A stretch of 64,000 bases of DNA from Dehalococcoidia bacterium. GTDB lineage: Bacteria > Chloroflexota > Dehalococcoidia > Lucifugimonadales > JAGWBF01. Below are positions 56,258 to 63,689 of this stretch, in pieces. Positions within the stretch are counted from its first letter, which is position 1, and each line of letters starts with the position of its first letter. The notes beneath the pieces were generated by a model. That model searched no databases. It was not told the origin of the DNA and saw nothing but the letters and a program-made list of their open reading frames with translations. The stretch spans positions 1,864,406-1,928,405 of the forward strand of contig OZ244824.1 of NCBI GenBank assembly GCA_965220375.1, given 5' to 3'. The translations under genes were made by a program, and so were the position numbers.

Positions 56258-56287
56258 ATTATTGGCAAATGTTCAGCCAATTGTCAA
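56258..56287 (-). promoter_or_regulatory. putative sigma70 promoter driving nrdR (and possibly nrdJ)
   Basis: On the minus strand: TTGACA (56287-56282), 18-nt spacer, AATAAT (56263-56258). It sits in a locally AT-richer unique segment between repeat islands. Confidence 0.45.
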
Positions 56288-56329
56288 GCGCCAAGAGTCC
56301 GAACTTTCACCCCATTTCCTCCCCATTCC

Positions 56330-57150
56330 CGCCCGCATTGAGCCAGCTCCCCTTCCGTTCGCCCACCCTCCCCTATGTTCGTTCGCCCTGAGGCTCTCGA
56401 AGGGCGTGTCCTGAGCCGCGTCCCCGGCCCTGTCCTGAGCCGGGGCGAAGGATCCTTCGACAAGCTCAGGACGAACGGGGCGTGTACGCAGCGAGCGAGG
56501 GGGTGTACGCAGCGAGCGGGGGGCCTCCCCCCTGGGCCCTCCCCCCGGCCCGGCGCTCAGCCCGTCCCCATCCCCGTTCCCCCACCCTCCCCCACCCCCG
56601 TTCGCCCTGAGGCTCTCGAAGGGCGTGTCCTGAGCCGCGTCCCCGGCCCTGTCCTGAGCCGGGGTGAAGGATCCTTCGACAAGCTCAGGACGAACGGAAG
56701 GGGATCCTTAGGGGTAGGCGGGGAGCGGACAGCCGGACCAGGCGAGGGAGCGCTTGAGTTCCCCTCATCCTAACCTTCTCCCACCAGCGGCCCCACCCCC
56801 GTTCGCCCTGAGGCTCTCGAAGGGCGTGTCCTGAGCCGCGTCCCCGGCCCTGTCCTGAGCCTGTCGAAGGGCCTGTCCTGAGCCTGCCCTGAGCCTGTCG
56901 AAGGGCCTAACCTGGCTCTGTGTCCGGCCCTGTCCTGAGCCTGCCCTGAGCCTGCCCTGAGCTTGTCGAAGGGCTTGTCGAAGGCCCTACTCCTGGGCTT
57001 CTGTCCCAGGGGGGCCTTTGCCTAACCTGGCTCTGTGTCTGGCCCTGTCCTGAGCCGCGTCCCCGTTCTCCTTCGACAAGCTCAGGACGAACGGAAGGGA
57101 ATCCTTAGGGGTCGGAGGCGAACGGGTGTGTTTGGACCTGTCCTGAGGCA
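56330..57150. repeat. repeat island A3 (divergent intergenic region between nrdR and the cadherin-like gene)
   Basis: Units of about 215 bp recur at about 56381, 56598 and 56798. Each is CCGTTCGCCCTGAGGCTCTCGAAGGGCGTGTCCTGAGCCGCGTCCCCGGCCCTGTCCTGAGCCGGGG(C/T)GAAGGATCCTTCGACAAGCTCAGGACGAACGG, an inverted pair forming a hairpin of about 100 nt. There are also GTCCTGAGCCTGCCCTGAGC mini-tandems and a 21-bp duplication GTGTACGCAGCGAGCG(A/G)GGGG. Confidence 0.9.
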
Positions 57151-57234
57151 CTCGAAGGAGCGCCCGTTGGTATAATGAACGGGCATGTGTTCGCCCCGGC
57201 GGGAGAATTGGCCCAACTTTGCGCCCTACAGGTC

Positions 57235-57263
57235 TTGAATAGCATATTGACTGATGGTATATA
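57235..57263 (+). promoter_or_regulatory. putative promoter of the cadherin-like/collagen-like operon
   Basis: TTGAAT (57235-57240), 17-nt spacer ending in TGG (extended -10), TATATA (57258-57263), in an AT-richer unique segment. This implies a leader of about 470 nt. Confidence 0.4.
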
Positions 57264-57738
57264 CATGGTGTAGAAATACAGGCGGAGCGCATCTGCCTGT
57301 AGTTAGGACAACACAGGTTTGCCAACAGATAGAAAATTGCTGAGACAGGGAATAGTAACCGCACCCAAGGACTACCTTGATATCGTTGCGCCTGCCGGTC
57401 TCCCGGTCCCCTTCGATTTCACTCAGGGCGAATGGGGGGCTAGGCTGGGCAGGAGCGGCGGGTTACGCTGATCATGGAACTTGAAGTGAGAAACGCCTTT
57501 GGCGGCATGGTCCCGCACAGGCCGGCCGGTCCGCCGGGAAGGCCGTGTGCGAGGCTGCGCACGTTTCTTTCGAGAAGCCTCTTTCGGGAATGCCGTCAAC
57601 GCTTTGGAAGGTGCTTACCTGGGGGAGGGGAGATGGTATCGAACAGAAGCCCTTAGTCCATAGCTTACAAGCTTTCTTAGAGATACACGCGGACGCGTGG
57701 TGCACAAGGAAATCCAGTACATAGGAGAGGTGTGCAAT

Positions 57739-60700
57739 ATGGATACAATTTTCAAGGGCTTGGCAAACAAGTGGATGGTACTGGCCCTGCTCCTGGTTGC
57801 GCTGGGAGCGGTGCTGACTATCACCCTGCTGCCCGCCGGGGCGCAGAACGGCGGCGATGCCATCGAGTTCCCGGAAAACAGTGACGAAACCATAGCCTAC
57901 TTCACTGCGGTGGACCCCGAGGGCGGGACGGCCAGTTGGGCTAATGATCCTTTGTCCGGGACCGACGAGGGCGCTTTCAACTTCGACAAGGATACGGGTG
58001 CGCTGAGCTTCAAGAGCGAGCCCGACTTCGAGTCCCCAACGGACGAAGATGGGACGTCCCCGTCCACAGCCGAGGCCGGGGACAACATCTACGAGGTGGT
58101 CTTGACGGCGACCGACGGCACCGCGACGATGACCGAGGTTGTCATGGTTAAGGTCACCAACGAGAACGAGAAGGCGACGACCGTGCTAGAGCTGTCGCTG
58201 GTGCAGCCTCGGGAGGGAGACTTCATAACCGTCGTGTACGCCGACAAAGTGGGGAACCCCTACGTGGATGCTGCCGGCGTAGAAAACACATCCATCGTGG
58301 ACCCCGACGGAGACAAAGGGGAAGTTCCTCCCATAAATGCAGAGGATGCTAATGCAGCCAAGATGAACATTACCGAGATGGATGATACCGAGGATCCTCC
58401 TGTCGAGTTGGTGACCTGGCAGTGGTACCGTGGGTCGAGCCGGGCTGGACCTTGGACGGAGATTCCTGGGCCCAACGCCAAGAAGAAGAGCTACGATGTT
58501 GTGGACGACGACAAGGACAAATACCTGATGGTGGTCGCGACATACGAAGACGCACACGGGCCGAACAAGATGCTGGAAGCGGTTTCCAAGTACCCCACCA
58601 TTAAGCTGGTGGCTGACTATAAGACCCCCGTGTTCCCCGACTTTGATCCAAGCACTAGCCCCACCCCCATAGATGGGCCGACCGAGGAGGTCGCCGACGG
58701 GACAACAGGTCAGGCGAATGTAGGAAGCCTGGTGCTTGCCAGCGGTGACACGATCGAGCGAGGGGAGCGGCCCACCTACTACCTGGTGGCGACCGACGAT
58801 TCCCTACCACATGCCGACATGTTCCAGATTGATCGGGCTACCGGCCAGGTTAAGGTGGGCATAGGCAAGACGCTGAATCCGGCGAGCGATTCGGGAAGAC
58901 CAGCAAGCGATCAACTAGCCAACCCAGGTGCGCCAGTTGGTGGATACATGGTCACCATCAAGATCAACGACGGCAAGGACGACTACGATGCAGTTGGCCG
59001 CGTCGAACGCACAGTCGGAACAGTCCCCGACGCCGAATATGATAGCTCGACGTCCATGACGATTACGGTGACCGAGGAGGATGAGGCCCCGATATTCACC
59101 ATGGGTGAGACGGCCTATGACTACTCCGAGAATAAGCGGGAAGCCGATGACAGCGCCGATGACCTTAATGTGGCCAACTTTGTGGCCTACGACCCCGAAG
59201 GAGATGCTCCGGCTATCACCCTGTCCGGCCCGGATGTGCGCAAGTTCGCTACCGAGGGAGCTACCAACGTTCTGACCGACGGTACGACTCCCGGTGCTCT
59301 GAGCTTCGTTGCTAGCACCCCGCGAGTTGCTGGCGACCAGCCGGACTTTGAGAATCCGGAGGATGCGAACGAGGACGGGGTGTACGAAGTAACGGTGACC
59401 GCAACCTCGGGTTCGAAGACCAACCCCCTAAGCGTGAGGGTGACGGTGACAAACGCTCAGGACCCAGGAGAGGTGTCCTTGAGCGCGAGACAGCCGAGGA
59501 TCGGGGTGCCGATAAGCGCAATGGTTGTCTCGGACGAAGACGGCGACGTGAGCGGGCTGCGGTGGCAGTGGTCGGCAACCAGAGAACTTCCAGATGATTG
59601 TTTGGCCGCCACTCTTGAGGCCCTTAATGACGACGAGGAAAATCCCAGGTGGCAAACTGCGAAGGGTGATGGGACGAGGACGGCCACCTACACTCCGCAG
59701 ACCGCCGACGATGGCAAGTGCCTGAGGGCGACGGCGATGTACACCGATCCGGCAGGGTCTACGAACACCGCCGAAGTGTCGGCTCTACGGGCCGAGAAGG
59801 CGCGGAACCTGTCGCCGATGTTCATGGACGAAAACGATGATGCGGATGGCATCCAGATCAAGACGAGGTACGTGATCGAGCCTTCGGGTGCAGGCGAAGA
59901 TGTTGAGATTACTGCAAACATAGATGAGGGCAGGCAGGTCGTCGCAGGTCGTGATGGTGCCGTCAGCACTGCAGACGCAGACCCCAACGCCGACCGAATA
60001 GTCGCCACAGACCTCCTCGACGAGGAGACGGCGGACGACGACGCCATAGAGTACAGCCTGAGCGGGGCCGACGCGAGGTACTTCAATATTTACTCCGTTG
60101 CAGAGCATTCCGTAGACGACCCCTTTGATTCTACGGACACCACTCAGACAACCAACGCCGGCCAGATATGGGTGAAGCCTGGGGTGAACCTGGACTTTGA
60201 GACCCGGCGCACATACAGGGTCATGGTCACGGCCAAGGACCTTGCTGACGACGATGAGTCGAGGAACGACCCGTCGGTATGGGTGGAGATCAAGGTTGTG
60301 AACGCCGAGGAGCCGCCGGAGATCATGCGGGGCAGGCTGGCAGTGGAAGGCGTGCCTCTGGTTGAGCACGACAGCATGAGCACGGACGACGTGGGCGAGT
60401 ACAGGGCTGTAGGCGTGGACGCGCCTGGTGCCGAGTGGAGCCTGTCGGGTGCCGACATGGATGACTTCAGCATCAGCGCGGGCGGTGTCCTGACCTTCAA
60501 CAACCCGCCCAACATCAACAACTCGATGGACGACAACAATGACAACGTTTACATGGTTACGGTCGTGGCCACCAACGGCGACAGCATAGATTCCCTGGAT
60601 GTCACAGTCACCGTCGGAAGGGCGGCTGAAGCCGCCCCAGACCCGACCTCGCTGGACGATTTCGACCCCGATCAGAGGTTCGACCTCAACGGTGACGGGA

Positions 60701-60765
60701 CAGTGGATGATAGTGAGGTCAGGGCGGTCCTCAGGGAGTACTTCGCGGACAATCCAGGCAACTAG
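57739..60765 (+). CDS. secreted cadherin-repeat protein with a C-terminal EF-hand/dockerin-like Ca-binding module
   Basis: ORF 57697..60765, with ATG 57739 preferred (AGGAGAGG RBS). Signal peptide MDTIFKGLANKWMVLALLLVALGAVLTITLLPAGAQ. Repeated cadherin-like modules end in PDFE(S/N)P.D..(D/N)..Y(E/M)V.(L/V)TAT.G (FESPTDEDG..IYEVVLTATDG, FENPEDANEDGVYEVTVTATSG, NNSMDDNNDNVYMVTVVATNG, LDFETRRTYRVMVTAKD). The C-terminus has DLNGDGTVDDSE. Confidence 0.8.
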   Translation: MDTIFKGLANKWMVLALLLVALGAVLTITLLPAGAQNGGDAIEFPENSDETIAYFTAVDPEGGTASWANDPLSGTDEGAFNFDKDTGALSFKSEPDFESPTDEDGTSPSTAEAGDNIYEVVLTATDGTATMTEVVMVKVTNENEKATTVLELSLVQPREGDFITVVYADKVGNPYVDAAGVENTSIVDPDGDKGEVPPINAEDANAAKMNITEMDDTEDPPVELVTWQWYRGSSRAGPWTEIPGPNAKKKSYDVVDDDKDKYLMVVATYEDAHGPNKMLEAVSKYPTIKLVADYKTPVFPDFDPSTSPTPIDGPTEEVADGTTGQANVGSLVLASGDTIERGERPTYYLVATDDSLPHADMFQIDRATGQVKVGIGKTLNPASDSGRPASDQLANPGAPVGGYMVTIKINDGKDDYDAVGRVERTVGTVPDAEYDSSTSMTITVTEEDEAPIFTMGETAYDYSENKREADDSADDLNVANFVAYDPEGDAPAITLSGPDVRKFATEGATNVLTDGTTPGALSFVASTPRVAGDQPDFENPEDANEDGVYEVTVTATSGSKTNPLSVRVTVTNAQDPGEVSLSARQPRIGVPISAMVVSDEDGDVSGLRWQWSATRELPDDCLAATLEALNDDEENPRWQTAKGDGTRTATYTPQTADDGKCLRATAMYTDPAGSTNTAEVSALRAEKARNLSPMFMDENDDADGIQIKTRYVIEPSGAGEDVEITANIDEGRQVVAGRDGAVSTADADPNADRIVATDLLDEETADDDAIEYSLSGADARYFNIYSVAEHSVDDPFDSTDTTQTTNAGQIWVKPGVNLDFETRRTYRVMVTAKDLADDDESRNDPSVWVEIKVVNAEEPPEIMRGRLAVEGVPLVEHDSMSTDDVGEYRAVGVDAPGAEWSLSGADMDDFSISAGGVLTFNNPPNINNSMDDNNDNVYMVTVVATNGDSIDSLDVTVTVGRAAEAAPDPTSLDDFDPDQRFDLNGDGTVDDSEVRAVLREYFADNPGN

Positions 60766-60812
60766 CCCCAAGAGCGGATGTGTGACGGATACACAGATGA
60801 GGAGGAAGCAGA

Positions 60813-61817
60813 TTGGTTAGGAGCATAACAAAACTACCACCGCTCTTGTTGGCAGCCCTCGTGGCGCTGGGGCTGGTCATGGCGGTCGGGCTCTGGCTTC
60901 CGGGCCAAGCCGGCGCGCAAGCAAACATGAACGAAAGGTCCTTCAACGCAACGGAGGTTATGCCTGGGGCAGAGGTGATGGTCACCATCGAGCACACCAT
61001 AGGCAGTGGTATGGGGGGGCAGATAGTAGAGAACCTGCCCCCGGGATTCGAGTACGTGGCGGAATCGGCTACCAGCGCCGACGAACCGGTAATCAGCGGG
61101 TCGGTGACCACGGGGCGGACGCTCACATTCACCCTGTTCAATGAGCCGGACCCCGTCAGCTATACGGTGACGGCCTCCGACGAGGAGATCGCCCATACCT
61201 TTGAGGGCAGCGTAAGTGTCTTCGGCGGGGAGGGCGGCGATATCGGCGGCGCTGCCGAAGTGACCGTCGCGGCCGATGCGCCGGAAGTCACTCCCACCGA
61301 AGAACCCGGCCCTATGAATACCCCTACCCCCGCTGGGCCTCGTGGACCTCGCGGTCGGACGGGGGACACGGGTGACACCGGGCCCCAAGGTGAGCAGGGT
61401 ATCCAGGGCGTTCCCGGACCCCCAGGCAACCCCGGAGCCTCCGGCATGGCCGGAGCCCCCGGTGAACCCGGAGCCCAGGGCGAACAGGGTATCCAGGGCG
61501 AACCGGGAGCCAAGGGTGACCCGGGCGACAACGGCGATCCGGGCGAGCCAGGAGCCATGGGTGACCCAGGTGAAGCGGGAGCCAAGGGCGACCCCGGCGA
61601 CCCGGGGGCCAAGGGCGACCAGGGATCCCAGGGTGACCCTGGAGATGACGGCGACCAAGGCGCCAAGGGCGATACCGGCGCCAAGGGTGATGCCGGCGAT
61701 GTCGGCCCCGAAGGAGCCTCTGGAGGCGCCGGACTGGGCATCATCGCGCTGATCATCGCCATCGTGGCGGTGGTCGTAGCAGGTGGAGGCGTGTTCCTCG
61801 CCAACTCCCGTCGCTAG
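60813..61817 (+). CDS. membrane-anchored collagen-triple-helix-repeat surface protein
   Basis: TTG start preceded by a GAGGAGGA RBS. Signal peptide ..LVMAVGLWLPGQAGAQA. N-terminal globular domain of about 130 aa (..IVENLPPGFEYV..). Pro/Thr linker. About 44 uninterrupted G-X-Y triplets. C-terminal TM helix LGIIALIIAIVAVVVAGGGVFLA followed by NSRR. Confidence 0.85.
   Translation: MVRSITKLPPLLLAALVALGLVMAVGLWLPGQAGAQANMNERSFNATEVMPGAEVMVTIEHTIGSGMGGQIVENLPPGFEYVAESATSADEPVISGSVTTGRTLTFTLFNEPDPVSYTVTASDEEIAHTFEGSVSVFGGEGGDIGGAAEVTVAADAPEVTPTEEPGPMNTPTPAGPRGPRGRTGDTGDTGPQGEQGIQGVPGPPGNPGASGMAGAPGEPGAQGEQGIQGEPGAKGDPGDNGDPGEPGAMGDPGEAGAKGDPGDPGAKGDQGSQGDPGDDGDQGAKGDTGAKGDAGDVGPEGASGGAGLGIIALIIAIVAVVVAGGGVFLANSRR
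61335..61730 (+). repeat. collagen-like G-X-Y coding repeat (about 44 triplets)
   Basis: GPRGPRGRTGDTGDTGPQGEQGIQGVPGPPGNPGASG....GAKGDAGDVGPEGASGGAG has Gly at every third residue without interruption. Confidence 0.95.
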
Positions 61818-61837
61818 CGCAATAGCATAGACTAAGT

Positions 61838-63345
61838 AGTCAGACACGGGCTGGTGGACGTAATCCGCCAGCCCGTGTCCGTTCGCGGGAACAGACCCCC
61901 GTTCGTCCTGAGCTTGTCGAAGGACCCTTCGCCCCGGCTCACGACAGGGCCGGACACAGACCTAAGGACCCCCCCCCCCCGTTCGCCCTGAGGCCCTCGA
62001 AGGGTAGCGGGAACAAAATCCCGTTCGTCCTGAGCTTGTCGAAGGAGAGCGGAGGGAACCCGGAAGGACAGATGGGAACAGATACTAAGTAATCAGACAC
62101 GGGCTGGTGGACACAACCACCAGCCCGTCGCCTTCCCCCCCGCATCCCCCGTCTGCGGGAACAGAGCCCCGTTCGCCCACCCCCCATTTCCCCGTTCGCC
62201 CTGAGGCCCTCGAAGGGGAAGGATGGGGGGGAATTAATGAAAGTCCGTTCGTCCTGAGCTTGTCGAAGGGTAGCGGACAGGCCGGACACAGACCTAAGGA
62301 TCCCCTTCCGTTCGCCCCGTCCCCATTTCCCCGTTCGTCCTGAGCTTGTCGAAGGACCCTTCGCCCTAGCTCACGACAGGGCCGGACACAGACCTAAGGA
62401 CCCCCCCCCCGTTCGCCCCGCCCCATTTCCCCGTTCCCTGCCTACCCCTCCGTTCGCCCACCCCACATAGTCCGTTCGCCCCGTCCCCATTTCCCCGTTC
62501 GTCCTGAGCTTGTCGAAGGACCCTTCGCCCCGGCTCAGGGCAGGGCCGGACACAGACCTGCCCGTCAGCTTCTCGGTGTCCTCCGTTGCTGCTTCGAGTG
62601 CCTCAGCACGAACGGAGGCCTACGCCCCAGGGTTAGGCAAAGGTCTGCGGTGTCCGCCGTTCCCCACCCCCTATTTCCCCGTTCGTCCTGAGGCCCTCGA
62701 AGGGGAAGGATGGGGGGAATTAATGAAAGTCCGTTCGTCCTGAGCTTGTCGAAGGAGAACGGACAGGCCGGACACAGACCTAAGGACCCCCTCCGTTCGC
62801 CCTGAGGCCCTCGAAGGGGACAGGGCCGGACACAGGAGCAAGGTAATCAGACACGGGCTGGTGGACACAATCCGCCAGCCCGTGTCCGTTCGTGGGAACA
62901 GAGCCCCGTTCGCCCACCCCCCATTTCCCCGTTCGTCCTGAGCTTGTCGAAGGATCCTTCGCCCCGGCTCAGACCTGCCCTTCGGCTTCGCGTGGGGCCC
63001 CCGTTCTGCTTCGAGGGCCTCAGGGCGAACGGAGGACGTGCGCCCCAGGGTTAGGCAAAGGTCTGCGGTGTCCGCCGTTCCCCTTTTGCCCCGGCTGTGT
63101 GTCCGCCCACCCCCCCACTGCTGTGACCGTTCGCCCTCCCCTCTCCGTTCGTCCTGAGCTTGTCGAAGGACCCTTCGACCCGGCTCACGACAGGGCTGGA
63201 CACAGACCTAAGGATCCCCTTCCGTCCACCCCCTCCCCCCATTTCCGTTCGCCCACCTACCCCTCCGTTCGCCCTCCCCACATAGTCCGCTCGCCCTCCC
63301 CCATTTCCCCGTTCGTCCTGAGCTTGTCGAAGGAGAACGGAGAGT
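61838..63345. repeat. repeat island B between the collagen-like gene and the GIY-YIG gene
   Basis: More than 25 CCGTTCG heptamers. There are many copies of CCGTTCGTCCTGAGCTTGTCGAAGGACCCTTCGCCCCGGCTCA(C/G)GACAGGGCCGGACACAGACCTAAGGA, CCCCATTTCCCCGTTCG, GTTGCTGCTTCGAG(T/G)GCCTCAG(C/G)(A/G)CGAACGGAGG and GCCCCAGGGTTAGGCAAAGGTCTGCGGTGTCCGCCGTTCCCC in shuffled order. Poly-C tracts lie at 61969-61980 and 62401-62410. Confidence 0.9.
61843..61879 (+). terminator. 12-bp-stem hairpin after the collagen-like gene (terminator-like, no U-tract); first of three copies
   Basis: GACACGGGCTGG, 13 nt, CCAGCCCGTGTC. The same module with its 5' flank (T)AAGTAATCA recurs at about 62096-62130 and 62850-62886. Confidence 0.45.
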
Positions 63346-63379
63346 GGCCAGAGCTGGAGATGATATACTCTGCTCCAAC

Positions 63380-63676
63380 ATGCCCTTTTGGATGTACATA
63401 CTTCGTTGCGCTAACGGCTCATATTACACTGGCCATACCGATGCCTTGGAGCGTCGGATCGCCGAGCATGAGTCGGGGGCATACGCAGGGTACGTATCAA
63501 GGAGACGCCCTGTAACCTTGGCATTTGCCCAGGAGTTCTCCACGCGAGAAGAGGCTTTGGCCGCAGAAAGTCGGGTGAAGGGATGGTCTCGCCCCAAGAA
63601 AGAGGCGCTCATGCGAGGGGACTGGCAGGCGTTGGTTGCCCTGTCGGGGCGACGCACTCCCGAGGGGCTAGCCTAG
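63380..63676 (+). CDS. GIY-YIG nuclease superfamily protein (small YhbQ/UPF0213-like)
   Basis: ORF 63344..63676, with ATG 63380 preferred. MPFWMYILRCANGSYYTGHTDALERRIAEHESG...RRPVTLAFAQEF.TREEALAAESRVKGWSRPKKEAL is the canonical single-domain GIY-YIG pattern. Confidence 0.85.
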   Translation: MPFWMYILRCANGSYYTGHTDALERRIAEHESGAYAGYVSRRRPVTLAFAQEFSTREEALAAESRVKGWSRPKKEALMRGDWQALVALSGRRTPEGLA

Positions 63677-63689
63677 ACGTCCATCGCAT

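Noticed and set aside
54290-57150. Possible CRISPR array(s).
   Set aside because: There is no fixed-length direct repeat alternating with unique spacers of similar length. The repeats are degenerate, occur in both orientations and abut each other. No cas genes or leader are present in the window.
57320-57400. TPP-riboswitch-like fragments (CTGAGA ... ACCC ... CCTTGAT) in the leader of the cadherin-like gene.
   Set aside because: The P2 GGGGTGC-type element, the pyrophosphate-sensor helix consensus and a proper P1 are all missing. The gene context (an adhesin) does not fit thiamine regulation.
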